The notes under the pieces were generated by a model. It was not told the DNA's origin and made no database searches. It saw only the letters and a program-made list of their open reading frames with translations. Below are positions 11,510 through 24,018 of a DNA stretch of 64,000 nt, in pieces; the first letter of the stretch is position 1; each line of letters opens with the position of its first letter. Source of the stretch: Babesia bigemina. Taxonomy: Eukaryota. The DNA is taken from the NCBI RefSeq assembly GCF_000981445.1, contig NC_027218.1:62001-126000 (forward strand). Direction: 5' to 3'. The position numbers and the translations under genes were made by a program.

Positions 11510-13558
11510 ATGGTAGCCATCCTTCACAGCCTTGCCGCGGTTACGTACGTCTTAATATATGTAGGTGTATCGTTTGGAGTTGCTGTATCGGGGTTCTCGG
11601 TTATTTCTACGGCGAGCCTCTTGCTGTCTTACCCGCATGCTTCCACCTTCTTTGGTCGCCGGCCGGCAAGTAACACCAATCACCGCGCTAGATCGGTTTC
11701 TTCAGCCCTTTCACGTGGGTTCTTCGTTCTGTTTGGCCAGGAAGCGACATCGGGTTGCGTATCTCCGGCACATCACGGCGACGTTAGGTTTGTGGCGGGC
11801 GTGGAGGCCCATATCCAGCTGGCATTACCTCATAAGATATTTTGCGACTGCCCCAGCATCGCTTCGTGCACTTCCGGGCAGGCAGAGTGCGGCACTTCCG
11901 CAGTAAATCACGAGGACAATGCGGGTGCCACTGTCGCCGACTGCCTTCCGTGCGATGACTTATACGAACGGCTAAACAGTATATTGGCCACACCAGGTAG
12001 TGATAAGTCCGAGTGCGACTCCAATGTACCATATTTTAAAAATGATTGCATGATATCGTTTGATGATTATGCGTCAATGTACAATAACCGCAGGAAGGCC
12101 AGACGTGCTGCTGAATACGGTTGCCGGCCATCCGCAGTTGACAGGAACTCTATTCACGATTTGAGCAAGTTTAAGTGCGCTGTATGCATGGGCGAAGTTG
12201 GAGCGCTTCCGCTACTTTCTCCTTTGGCAATTTTGTACGGTTTGTCCGCATGCAACACGTTTTCGTGTGAGCCGAGCAGTTCTGTCTCTTTTGAAAGGAA
12301 GGTCTACTCGTACGCCGACCTCCCTAAACGTTACCAGTTGACTCAGGTAAGCAACCCCATCGGTACAAATGGGCGCGTGTTGTTGAGCAGCGGCCGGGAG
12401 ATCCGCATCGCGCGTGTACACTTGGAGGAGGACACCGCACGGACTTTGACGATGGGGGACGGGTCTTCTCTCCATGATTACAATCGAAGTGGCGTAGGTC
12501 TGTTGGAAGTCGTCACCGAAGCGTGTGAAATGACGGTAGAAGAACTGGTAGAATGCTGCTCAAAGATCTACGAGTTGTCGGTTCGTGGTGGGTTGTCCAA
12601 GGGGCTGATGCACGAGGGCAACATCCGATTTGACGTCAACATATCGTTACCTTCTAGAGGTCCAAATCGCTACGAACTGAAGAACTTGAACTCGTTCCGA
12701 CGCATTCGTCGGTCAGTGCTCCAGTGTCTGTCTTCCGGGTGTTTGTCACAGCCGGCTTCCGGTACAGGTAGGATGGACAGTGAGAAGGCACAGGATAAAG
12801 TCAACCGACCGAATGCATGGGTAGATGTTATGCAGCACGTTCTAGAAGATGAACCGGTGCCAGATGCTGCTGCCACTGTTGGTTCTACCCTGGGGTGGAG
12901 TCATGCCTCTAAGGACGTGGAATACCAGCGCGAGAAGTCTGCAAGTGCCCTGTATCTAAACGCCCCTGATACCAACATACCGACTATATCTATCAGCTCA
13001 GAGTTGTTTTCTAGGGTGACAGCAGTTGCCCCGTCTGACTATCGTCCGAGCTTGGAGTCCCTGCATGATGCGTACCCCTCAGTGCCGCTTGATTTGCTGA
13101 GAGTGATTCAGAAAAGCGATGCACACATTGGATTATTTCGTCAAATGTGCGATGCAATCGGTGACCACCCGTTTGTGGCAAAATGGCTAGTCAACTACGT
13201 TATACCGGTTGTTGATGTAAGTTCGGTGGATGTGGATCAGCTTTGTGAGCTGCTGAACGGCGTGTATTCCAAACGGCTGAACTTAGACACGGCCAAACGC
13301 ATATTGCGCGATTACCTGTCAAGTGGTATGCATTTGGAGGAGTATATGCAATGCCATGAGCTTGGCCTGTTGGACGAGCCGGCGACCCGTGAGTTTGTGC
13401 AGAATTACATGGCTTCGCACAGCGCCGGACACACGACTGCCACTATGGACAGGAAATCGCTAATCCGTCTCGTGAGCGACATTGTAGCGGCTTCCGGCCA
13501 TCGTCTGAATTACGCGATGGTTCGTGACCTACTGGCCCCTCCACCGGTATCCAGCTAA
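11510..13558 (+). CDS. gatB: Glu/Asp-tRNA amidotransferase subunit B, organellar (likely apicoplast)
   Basis: AGVEAHIQL..KIFCDC, CAVCMGEVGALP, FERKVYSYADLPKRYQLTQ, HLEEDTA, DYNRSGVGLLEVVTE, RFDVNIS, ELKNLNSF. Hydrophobic N-terminus followed by a basic transit-like region. Confidence 0.93.
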   Translation: MVAILHSLAAVTYVLIYVGVSFGVAVSGFSVISTASLLLSYPHASTFFGRRPASNTNHRARSVSSALSRGFFVLFGQEATSGCVSPAHHGDVRFVAGVEAHIQLALPHKIFCDCPSIASCTSGQAECGTSAVNHEDNAGATVADCLPCDDLYERLNSILATPGSDKSECDSNVPYFKNDCMISFDDYASMYNNRRKARRAAEYGCRPSAVDRNSIHDLSKFKCAVCMGEVGALPLLSPLAILYGLSACNTFSCEPSSSVSFERKVYSYADLPKRYQLTQVSNPIGTNGRVLLSSGREIRIARVHLEEDTARTLTMGDGSSLHDYNRSGVGLLEVVTEACEMTVEELVECCSKIYELSVRGGLSKGLMHEGNIRFDVNISLPSRGPNRYELKNLNSFRRIRRSVLQCLSSGCLSQPASGTGRMDSEKAQDKVNRPNAWVDVMQHVLEDEPVPDAAATVGSTLGWSHASKDVEYQREKSASALYLNAPDTNIPTISISSELFSRVTAVAPSDYRPSLESLHDAYPSVPLDLLRVIQKSDAHIGLFRQMCDAIGDHPFVAKWLVNYVIPVVDVSSVDVDQLCELLNGVYSKRLNLDTAKRILRDYLSSGMHLEEYMQCHELGLLDEPATREFVQNYMASHSAGHTTATMDRKSLIRLVSDIVAASGHRLNYAMVRDLLAPPPVSS

Positions 13559-13613
13559 AATTCGTTTGCGCCGTCAAAGACACGCGCATAATTTTAAAAG
13601 CCTTTTGTAGTAC

Positions 13614-15254
13614 TCAGTGGACAATGTTAACCATGTACTGTTTGGTTGGTTCAATATGTATAATTTTCTTCACCATGTCCTTATCTGCGTTCCTGTTGCC
13701 GTTGTAATACCCCTTAATATCCAGGTGCTTCAACGGCTTATAGATGGAAAGCAGCTTCATGATTTGTTCGTCGGTAAATTTGAAGTAGTGACTATCAGCG
13801 AAGGCAACCCCGTGGTACATTTGCGGTATAGCCTCTATGCTCCTCATCATGTAGGTAGAATTCCATGGGTTCCAAATGTTAGGTTTGCTCATGGGCTTGA
13901 CTTCGATTCCGAGAGTGCACAAATGATATGAGTCGGTCTGTTCCTCGTACAATATAAGCAGCGGTATGAATTTGAAATACTTCCCATTGACCAGTACGTT
14001 AAGGATTTGAACCCAGAATGGCCTCGGGAACGGATCGCCCTTAACGCTAGGCGTCCGTGATGATAGCGCATACTCCTGAGTATTACCTTCCAACACGTTC
14101 TCCAGAATACGCATAATTTTGATTAGGATGTTGTACCTTACTCTCCCAAGCCCCGATACTTCAATGAACTGCTGCTTATCGTCATGTGGGCTGCATACGG
14201 TCGATCCGTCTCCTATGCGTTCAGCATCACCCACTTTGGGCGACGGATGAGTGCCGCGTGTTGTTGCCATTGTTGATAGCACGCGCTTCAACGACCGAAA
14301 TCTGAACCCCGGCATGTCCAATGAGTGCATCACGCACCGTGCAAACTTCGTGTACAGCACCTTGGGGGTACAACGGTCGTGACCGTTGCCCCCCTTTCGA
14401 TTCATCCCAAGAAGCTTTACCACAGCATTGTGAATAATTAGAGGTTTCCCACCAGGCGTTAATCGGAACTGCCAGCTTACCACAAGATCGATGGGCAGTA
14501 TGCGTACGATGACATCCACTAGCTTTTGCGTCGGTATGTACTTCCACCCTATCGGTTCAGCGTGGACGCGTTCTATTCCCCTTTCTCTCGCTAGATTTCT
14601 GAAGGACTCTAATATAAACCGCCTTTCCTTGTTGACATCTAAGGTTGTGACGTCGGCCATAAGCTCTTCTACGGTTAACATTTTGAATTCTCTACGTTCC
14701 AGTTGCTGCTTCCAAAGTAATAATTGTGTATCTGGGTTATATGCACCATGTAACATTGCCATGGTGAAATTTGACAGACCCGAATCCGCGCACAATACGT
14801 TTGCTTCACCATTGTCGCCAGCTGCATTCGAATGCTGTGAGATGCGCAATTCGCCTTTATCCAGGAGAATGAAGGTGTCTATTGCGCCAATTGCGTTAAC
14901 GCAGCTTAGCACAGCATCACGGTCCAACGTCTTGTTCTGTAACAAGCGAATATCGATGTCGAGGCTCTTGAATTTGTATTTACCGTTGACAAACTTGGGG
15001 AACTGGTTGTAAGAAGTGTAGTCTTTAATGAACGGCTCCCTGAAATGAACTTCCTTATCACTTCTTACATCACCATATGATGATTTGACGCTCCTCGGTG
15101 CAAGGAAGGTCGGAGAAAGAGCTCGGCGTGGACTCGAATGCCGGTGTGTTCGTGCCACGCGAACAATGGGAGCAGAGGCTACGTAGTTACAGCAATACAG
15201 CGTCACAAAAGTAATTAGGCAACAACAAAAAATTTGGGCACATTTTCTACCCAT
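13614..15254 (-). CDS. Hypothetical 546-aa protein with signal peptide and basic transit-like leader
   Basis: Long uninterrupted ORF. N-terminus IFCCCLITFVTLYCCNYVASA followed by an Arg/Ser-rich stretch. Confidence 0.75.
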   Translation of the reverse strand: MGRKCAQIFCCCLITFVTLYCCNYVASAPIVRVARTHRHSSPRRALSPTFLAPRSVKSSYGDVRSDKEVHFREPFIKDYTSYNQFPKFVNGKYKFKSLDIDIRLLQNKTLDRDAVLSCVNAIGAIDTFILLDKGELRISQHSNAAGDNGEANVLCADSGLSNFTMAMLHGAYNPDTQLLLWKQQLERREFKMLTVEELMADVTTLDVNKERRFILESFRNLARERGIERVHAEPIGWKYIPTQKLVDVIVRILPIDLVVSWQFRLTPGGKPLIIHNAVVKLLGMNRKGGNGHDRCTPKVLYTKFARCVMHSLDMPGFRFRSLKRVLSTMATTRGTHPSPKVGDAERIGDGSTVCSPHDDKQQFIEVSGLGRVRYNILIKIMRILENVLEGNTQEYALSSRTPSVKGDPFPRPFWVQILNVLVNGKYFKFIPLLILYEEQTDSYHLCTLGIEVKPMSKPNIWNPWNSTYMMRSIEAIPQMYHGVAFADSHYFKFTDEQIMKLLSIYKPLKHLDIKGYYNGNRNADKDMVKKIIHIEPTKQYMVNIVH

Positions 15255-15260
15255 TTAAGT

Positions 15261-18171
15261 TCATACTGCTACATCGTTGTTATGCGCTTGCCGGTGTCTT
15301 GTGTTGCCTCTTACATGACACTTGAGCAGCGTCAGAGGCGGCTTCCAATCGTAAAAAGGAGTGTGTACGATTCTTTTGCCCTGCGCCTTGAGTATAGCAT
15401 GTTTGAGTTTGGAAGACGGCATCATTTGGTGTGTTGCGTGGAAGAAGTGTGTAGGCCCATCCACTTCGATATACGTCTTTGCATTGCCTGTTTTTACAAC
15501 GAGATCGGTGTAGTAGAGTCGATTAGTGCACGTAACTTCGGATCGTATAACGGCATCCGGACATGTAGTTGCCACATGCCTCCATACCTCTCTATGCAGG
15601 CCTGCAAATAATCAGTCGCCGCCACTTGAGGCCATTGCTTACCAGACATTGTAGGGTTGCGCCTATTCGTGACAACCGCGGTACATCTCGTAGCTGCAAT
15701 GTCTTTCAACTCCTTCTTGAATGCGTGTTTGTATACGCGTTTGACTTGGTTGTAAATGGCACGTTTGCTTTTGCGGCAGGTTCTACGCAGCACTAGCAGT
15801 GCAATCTTCAACTGCTTTCGCACCTCCACACACTTGTAACAGTCGGTTCCAAACTGCCGAAGTAATGCCAGCAGCTTATACAGAAATAGGGGTACGTCAT
15901 GTCCCATCCCAGAGAGCGTCAAGGCAAATAGGCAGTTGACCGTTGCCTGGGCGTTCATGTATTGTCTGCAACTGTCCGCTGTTATAGCTTTGAGAGCTTG
16001 TACAAATAGCGTTTCGAATGCACCCTGCGAGTTGCGCCATTTGTTTGACCTTGTAATGCGTTTTGTGCCGGGTGAGTGGACAACCCCCCGCTCGATATTT
16101 CTGTTCAGCGGGCTGCCCAACTTTGCATATGCGATGAGTATTTGCGATAGTATTGATGGGTGCTGCTTTGATTGTAGATGCCGCATCGTCTCAGAAGCCA
16201 TGCGATGAAGCACGCGCTCATTTTTCATCCTGAACCTGAACACTGTTTTGTCGCCGCGCGGTGTCCGCCTACCTATGTAGTCCCGTGAGTATGGCCGCTA
16301 CAGATTCCAGATCCGCGTGTTGTGTTTGCGATGCGCATAGACTCTCAATGTTTTCGACGATTCTTTTCGCAATGTCAACTGCCGCTTTGTGTCCGTTGAA
16401 ACCTCCGACGGCGGCGATCGTTTTCGCGCAGTATCTGAACGCATCGGCACCCTTGTAGAAGTTGTAAAGATCGTTGTGTACGAACATTGTTTCCGCTGCT
16501 GCGCCTTTCTTCGTGGCGGCCTTTATGAGGTCCCGTAACGCTCGCCTACGCTGCGGTTGCGGTTTCGTGGTGACAGGAGGCATGGCTAGTCTGCGCTCAA
16601 ACTGCAGCATGTTGGCGGTGGCGATTGAGTCCAGCAATTCGTGCACTGTGTCACCAAAGTGATTCGATTGCAACGCTTTAAGGTTGGCAATATGTTGCGA
16701 GAATTCCAGAGGCGTGCCCAGCAATCCCACGGAGTGCACGCTTTTTGCAGCGATCATGAGCATAGCTTCCTGCGGCCTATTTATACCAATAGCGCACTTC
16801 ATAAGGTGTATCAACGAGACATGGTCAACGTCCGTGTTCTGCATCACGTGTTCCACTGCCATCGCAACGAAAGAGGAGTACCGCTGGAGGAGTTCGCTGT
16901 TACCTTTGTCTACATAGGGCGCCGCATGAGCGGCCACGGTGGCGATACTTTGACCCTCGACATACTCCCCGCGAATGAAACTACACGGCTGAACCAGGTG
17001 GTCTAGAACGATGGCAGTGAGAGTGATAATGCTGCACCACTCTCCCATGAAATCGTTTTGATGTTCATTCACAACCGCATCTTGCAGCACCACCGCATCA
17101 GTTGTTTTTGCGGATTCCACGTGACCACCTGTGGAATCAACCATCGTCATCGCATCTTTGCATAACGTCGATCGAGGACTCAATGTTGTGTGTCCTGGCG
17201 TAACGCGGTCGTAGTTATCACCCATGGCACTGATGGCAGCCCAAACACGAGCAGCTACACAGTACACCATCGACACGTCTTTGATGTCGTGCATTGCGTT
17301 TAGGTTTGCACGTAGGTAACTTGAAGCAACGTGGTACATTTGCTGCGTATGGCACCCCATTCGCTCCAGAGTATTTACGCAGATGGCAAACGCCCGGTGA
17401 GAAATGGCTCTCCTCACGGACTCATTCCTGCTATAGAGTTGCATGAAGAGGTCGTGGCACAATTTCGTTTCCTCGTCTGTCACGGCAACTCGCATTACCA
17501 TGAGCGCGTGCATGATGCCTGCAACGTCCTCGAATATGAACGGTTTTAGCGGTTCACGCTCCCCTGCAGCATGCAAGTGCCTGAACTGGGCCACAGCTGC
17601 GTCTTTTAGCGCTCGACTCAATTCTGCATCGTTCTGCTCAGCAGTAGCCGTCCCATGCAGTATGCTGTAAATGTTGTAGAGTTCAACCCGTCCAACCTCG
17701 TTTGTCGCTGTAGCACGTATCAAGTGCGGCAATACAGCGGGTTTGAGGCCATCAATAAGGCCGCGTAGGTATTCCTTGCCAACATTCGCGTTGGTGCAGC
17801 TGTGGATGACGATTGCGATTTGTTTCAAGGTGAGCTGATCCTTGATTTCTACGGCCTTTCTTATATGAGCCTTCCAGGCTCTCTGCGACCCATGTGACGT
17901 TAAAACGATGGCCTACCTTCCCACCCTGTCCATCCTTACTTGCTTGTACCAGTGTTCTGCAAAGAGTGGCTGGCTCCATGAGCACGGCCCTTTTCAGGGG
18001 CGTCGTTGCAACATCAGTTCCTGAGTCACGGTTAGCAGCACCCAGGTTGGTAATAGCGGCTTCACGTGTCACATTGACGCCGCCTGATGCAGTAGACAGC
18101 GTTTTTGCGGTCCCGCACGCCGAAACGCCGACATCGCGAATCAGCCGCGGCAGTGTGCGGAGGGAGAGCAT
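15261..18171 (-). CDS. RAP-domain RNA-binding protein, probably mitochondrial (multi-exon)
   Basis: C-terminal RAP motif YYTDLVV..IEVDGPTHFF..SKLKHAILKAQGKRIVHTPFYDW preceded by helical repeats. ORF pieces are joined by short introns (~17884-17917, ~16243-16272). N-terminus MLSLRTLPRLIRDV is presequence-like. 3' end uncertain. Confidence 0.8.
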
Positions 18172-18212
18172 GAATATACATGGGTGTGAGCGCCTATGTA
18201 GTATTTTCAAAT

Positions 18213-19365
18213 TTATAATGCGCGTTCAATGAGTGCGATTTGTTCAGCACTGAGCCTTCTTGGGAATATGACTCGTATGGAGACATACATATCCCCGAAA
18301 CCTCCGCGTTCGTCTGACGGCATTCCTTTTTGGTCTATTTTGATGACGTGGTTGTGCGGCGTCACTCCGCTTTCCGCTACCTCGATGCTTTCTCCGAAGA
18401 GGTCGATGGTCTTGTCGAATCCCAGCAAGGCCTCTTTGAGGGTGATGTCCATCGTGCGATGCAAGTCGTTTCCCTCCCTGCGGTATATCTGATGCGGCTT
18501 CTCCTCGATGACGAACACGACGTGACCGCGCTTCATGCCCGGCCTTTCTTGACCACGTCCCTCCATGACGATTTGCTGCCCTTGTTTGGCTCCGGGCTCG
18601 ATAGTGAGTTCCAAGTTAACGTCCTCCACGTACGTCGGTCCGTTGGGGCACGCCTACACACGATTAACGTTACAAAAATGTACTCCTTACCGAGCAGGAC
18701 GTTTTCCATCCCTCGTGGCGGCCAATGCAGGTGTGATCCCTGACTTGCTGTTGCATAAACATGCCAGGACCATGCTGCATGGTGACCAATCTGACTCCCG
18801 CCGCTTGACAGTCCTTTCGATTGACTTTGCACTCGTCGTACTCCGGGCATAGCCTGTTGACTTGTATCTTGATAGTCAGGTCGCGTCCGTGGTAGAGCAC
18901 ATCGAGTGGGATTGAGAGCGGGTACACCAACGCCTCCGCCCGCATTTCCTCGTCTCTCCGACGTCCGCCGCCAAACCCGAATATGTTTGAGAATATGTCG
19001 TTAATATCATATCCGTCGTCGTTGCCTCCTGATTGGCTTTGGCGCATTAGTCCTGCGAATCCTCCCTCGTCATAGGCCTTCCTTTTATCTGCGTTATTCA
19101 GTATGTCGTAGGCCTCGTTGATTTCCTTATATCTTTCCGCGGCGTCAGGCTCTTTGCTCACGTCTGGGTGGTACTTCTTGCTGAGTTGGCGGAATGTTCT
19201 TTTGATTTCGCTGGCCGTGGCCGATTTCTTTACACCGAGCACTTCGTATGGGCACTTCTTGTCGGCAAATAAGTCTTCCTCGGGTTCCTCACCGAAAAAT
19301 CCCCAAGCCTGGGCGTGAGCGATGCCGAGAATGGCAACGAGTCCTATAATTCCACGAAGCTTCAT
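18213..19365 (-). CDS. ER-type DnaJ/Hsp40 (ERdj3/DNAJB11-like)
   Basis: Signal peptide, J-domain with HPD (KKYHPDVSK), G/F region and DnaJ C-terminal domain (REGNDLHRTMDITLKEALLGF, KGMP..GDMYV). One intron near 18656-18689. Confidence 0.9.
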
Positions 19366-20517
19366 TATGGCGTAAACTCCCTTATAGGTCGTGGCCCCTG
19401 AGTATGTGCGATATGGAAACGAGCTTTAAAGTTTGTAAGCCCTGTTCCATTCACGACGACGGTGGTTTAGCGGTATGCCTTATGGCTGGCGATCGCCTTG
19501 TCACACCTAACTCCACGAGACGTGAGCGCAGAGAAAGGTGTTTGTATTTGGACCAAATTAGCGCCCTTATCGGCAATTTCAACACTAATTCCACTTATTA
19601 AAGCAATGTCACGCCTATGTGAGGAGACGCGTTTCTTATTTACCGGCTCGCTGTGACGCTCGAGCTGTATATGTCGGGATATAACGCGGATGTGCGAAAG
19701 TGTCTATAGATGCCTGTATACCGCACCTTATAAAATGACACACATTGCAACGGCGCTATGATCTGGCCACACCCGTTGAGTGTCTTGGATGGTGTGTACA
19801 TGGGCTTCGTTCCTAGCGTCATAACGCGTTTCTGATACTCGGCGGGCTTTTCTTCTCATCTAAGCGTACGATAATAACCGGCAATTCTGGTGTTTATTAC
19901 GTGTAAGACCAGCTCTCCGGCGATAGTACCAATAATGTGCCGTTGCATCGTAGGTCGGATATAAGACAATCGAACGAATATGAACATGAGCTCGTGACCC
20001 ATTCACGCTACTCGTATTCGCACTTTCTAAGAGATACATGCTCATAAGGTAGCGGAATCTCGTTTGGAACAGTGTAACGTTTGATACTCGGACACCTTCC
20101 ATGGACGCGTGCCAGGACTGGTTGGTGATAAGAGGCTATGGTTTCGAAGTCACATCCTTCTTCGCTAGCACAGCATTATACAACATTACTTATCGTGCAT
20201 TCCGCCATAGATATTAAACCTTGGCTCATGTAAGCCATGTTATTCATGTGTGTGATGTATAGGATGTCGTCCGATGTTGTCGGTCGGCGCGCTTCAGATG
20301 CATTAGATGAATTGCTCCTAATATATTGGTTTTCTGCCAATGCTCTAGTATATACCGATATTCCGTAATGTATGGCGTCCTTTTACTATTGAGCGGTGCT
20401 CTATATGCGACGAATCCACACTGTATCGCCCGCGATTGCGCGATCAGTGATTATCACCTACATTAAGACATTTTCGTTCATATTAAACGCAGTATAGTTT
20501 AGCTTCCATTTGTAACA

Positions 20518-22757
20518 ATGGTGTGGGAGGCTGTGGAAGTTAAGCTGCCGACGGAAGTGACCGACATGATGGCACTGGACGCTCGTCAAAGAGCCGCGTA
20601 TACACCAAATGTTCAGGTGAAGAACTTCTCAAACAACGAGCGTACACGCGTCGGTGAGCAAAACTCCTTGATTCCCGAGGGGCAGCTACACGATCTCATG
20701 AAGAACAATGTGAGTTGGCTGATGGACCTATTCTCCCAAAGCCCGGTTCATCTGGATACGACCTACGGAGCCCCTCGCGTCAAGATACATTCCCCTACGT
20801 GTTACATGTTTGGGCTAAAGTCCAAATACATGCCTTCCGGCAAATTGCAGGAGTTGGACGTGAGGAGTCGTAAGGCGGCACCAGATGCGGCATTAGCGGC
20901 TACAGTGACGGCGATTTTCGAAAGCGAAGTTAAATACATCGATCCATCATCGATTAATAAGCCCGTTAAGGAGGCCGCCAACGGACGTAAAGTTGGTCGC
21001 ACGTCACGAGATGTTGATGGATGCGCTGGTATTGAGGTGTCGGACGAGGACGCATGTGGCGACAACGAATGCAGTTCTGTAGTGGATTCTGAGCATGCCA
21101 ACAGAGGCACGAAGGATACCACTAAATCTCAAATTGGTGTGGCAGTGAAGGACGTACCGCCTGCCAGTGCTGACGGCAGATCTGCCGATGGGCACGAAGC
21201 ACTTCTGAATCATATGCGGTTCGTGTGTCATTTTCTCGTTTATATGGCGCAGATCACGCTTTGTCGAATTGGAGTCTGTAGCGAAGTTCGAGGACACTAT
21301 TTTGCATGACTATTACGGACCTAACACGAAGCAGATTATGGATAATTCCGATTTGGAATCGCAACTGTTTAGCGCTGTGGCTGCCAACGCCGCCAAAACC
21401 GATGAGAGCTCGGGAAACCACAACAAACTAGACGAAAAGGTGATTGACCTACTCGGCAAGGGCGATGTAGTCGGTTTTTCGAAGATCGTTTCGTGCATAC
21501 CGGAGACTAAGGTCAAGGTACGCATAGTATTAGTGATGCTGTGTGCCGGCTATTCATTTCCCTGTTTTAGTTTCACGTTATTAGATGCTTGACATGCTCA
21601 ACGGGTATAAACAAGTTCACAAAATGTCACGCATTTGCTGATGTAGGCTCCTCATCACTTTGCAGCTACCACCTCACCTGCTCTATGATATGCTAATCTG
21701 GAAGAGTTGGTTGATCAACGGTCAACACCTTTGTTTTTACGGCGCTGGATCAAAGCGACAGCTAATAAAAGTCTTCGTCGAGTTTGCATTGCGGTATGTG
21801 TCAAGGTTGTTCTTATCTCACGTTTTGCAGCGACGGAACATGCCTGACGGTGGATGCCTATCGGGTCAAGGGTAGTACGGGTGAGGATTTTTGGCAGCTG
21901 TTGAAACGCGAATTGTTATCTAAGAAGACTACAATGACCGTTCCAGAGTGCAAAAGGGTATTTAAACGTGTCCTGACTCATGACGTTTTTGAACAGGCTG
22001 TGTTGAAGCGTATTGCCACCGTGCGGAAGCCGTTTTACATAATCGTATACAATTTGGACAATTTGGCGACCATAGGCGCTTCGAAATTAATACGTACGCT
22101 AATCCGTTTATCAAATGTACGTTTCACCGGCAGTCAATATACACGAATATCGTACAGGTGCGCGTAGTTGGTACCATGGATAACCTCCGCTCGAGCATGG
22201 TGGTGTCATCATTTGATCAAATTTTGAACAAATACAAGTTGATACGTTTAAATACAGGAATGGACTATCGGTTTGTTACGTGTCTACGTGTTATATACAG
22301 ATTCTCAGGAGCGAACTGGCTGCCCTTTGGGACCGCTCACCGCCGCGAATTATTGCGCGTGATGAAACCCAGAAAAGCGCCACTGAGATGCAGGCTATCA
22401 TTGGGGCTCTGAGTGTGAACCACCGGCAACTATTTTCGTTGATTGCCCAGATGCAACTTGACGGATTGAAAAGTCGCACCCGTTTTGATGGAGTTGAGAA
22501 GTACGGGCTGCTGCGAGAGCCTCGGGCTATAACAATTTGCAATAGCGAGAGCAAGTTGGATGCACTTTTGACTGAGTTTATTACGCATAACGTGAGTCGA
22601 TTGTTGAAATGCTGCTTTCATTGTTTTTCAGCTAATAGAGCAATCTCGAGGTCGGGGTGGAAGGCTCTACCTGACGATCCCCTTTTCAATGTGGGTTGTG
22701 CTGCCGTTTTCCTCATGATTTGCCAGACAAGAGCTCGAGCAATTCATTAACTTGTAA
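20518..22757 (+). CDS. ORC2: Origin recognition complex subunit 2 (multi-exon)
   Basis: WKSWLINGQHLCFYGAGSKRQLI, FYIIVYNLD and SESKLDALLTEFITHNLI are characteristic ORC2 segments. Confidence 0.8.
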
Positions 22758-23665
22758 TCGCTGGATCTGGTTTCATCGCATAATTCTTCTCTTGTCCACG
22801 AGTTGATAGCGCCAATTTCTTGTGCGAATCTCACTATTTGCGGAAGAAAGACGTATAGTCATTGATAATTTCCACTAGACGTAACTGTCACGTCTTTTCT
22901 AATATTTTACACGTGTATTCCAATGCCACGAGCGACCAAGTGCTTTATGCAGCCTTATTTATAGAAGATATGGATATTGAGCTGTAGGAGGCTGTATTCT
23001 ACGATATGAGTTTCGTCTGTTGTTTTACGTATTTCCGTGGCGTAATGGCTTGCTCTTTCTATGTTGTAACTGCTGCACGTCTTTGAGTAGTGCGTTGGTG
23101 CCAGTGTAACACGAAGCTGGATGGCTGGTCATCAACGCAGTCAACCGGCGACTGCCATCTTAGGTGGAAGCAGTTCGTATGAGCGCGACTGTTTTGCATC
23201 TGGTGCGTCGCTAGGCGATGGATGCCACCGGGACTCTGACGTGATGGCCAGTGTACGGCGTGGTTACGACATTGATGGTAAAAGTGTAAATGGGGAACGT
23301 ATTAACCCGGCAAGATTGCTTATGTAGGCATTCATCAAGGCGCAAATGTGATGACATCTACAGGTGTCACTGGCAACCTCCGACCGTCTGTGTTGGATGG
23401 AGTTGACTGATCCACAGGCACCGGTTGCCCTGCATGCCACGGCAGGGATATCATCCACATGCGTAGCTTATAACGTTTTGATGTTGTGATAGCTGCATAG
23501 TAGTGATGTAATCGGATGTGATTTCGATGGCGTTCATCTGGCTGCTACCGTGACGCCGATGGGAGACGGCCTCAGTGTCCTTTGCTGAGGTGAGTGGTTC
23601 ATGCCTGTGATGGTTGATGGGACGGGCTACGCCTTGCTGTGGTGCGTGTTCATCTGCGTAGGTTG

Positions 23666-24018
23666 GTGAGTGCGTTGCTTTAGTGATTGATATATGTTTG
23701 CAGGTTGAGGGGACTGAGAGGGGAAGTGGTACGTGTTGCAGTTGGTGAGTGCTGCTTGAGTGATTGATGTCTGCAGGTTGAGGGGACTGGGAGCGGCAGT
23801 GGTAGTGTCGCAGTTGGTGAGTGCTGCTTGAGTGATTGACATGTTCGCAGGTTGAGGGGATTGGGAGCGGGAGTGGTAGTGTCGTAGTTGGTGAGTGCGT
23901 TGCTAGGTGATTGATATGTTTGCAGGTTGAGGGGACTGGGAGCGGCAGTGGTACGTGTTGCAGTTGGTGAGTGCTTGCTAGGTGATTGATATGTTTGCAG
24001 GCTGAGGGGTCTGGAAAG
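23666..24018 (+). repeat. Tandem array of ~72-79 nt units, each an intron-like segment plus a 40-41 nt G-rich segment
   Basis: Intron-like GTGAGTGC...GTGATTGA...GCAG at 23666-23703, 23745-23776, 23817-23850, 23891-23925 and 23967-24000, separated by GTTGAGGGGA(C/T)TG...AGTTG at 23704-23744, 23777-23816, 23851-23890 and 23926-23966. Confidence 0.95.

Noticed and set aside
19370..20510. Possible snRNA or small gene between DnaJ and ORC2
   Set aside because: No recognisable U1/U2/U6/SRP signature; TGGCCCCTG alone is insufficient. The ORFs are short and lack motifs.
23666..24018. CRISPR-like array
   Set aside because: Both alternating segments are repeated, so there are no unique spacers. No cas genes, and the context is eukaryotic.
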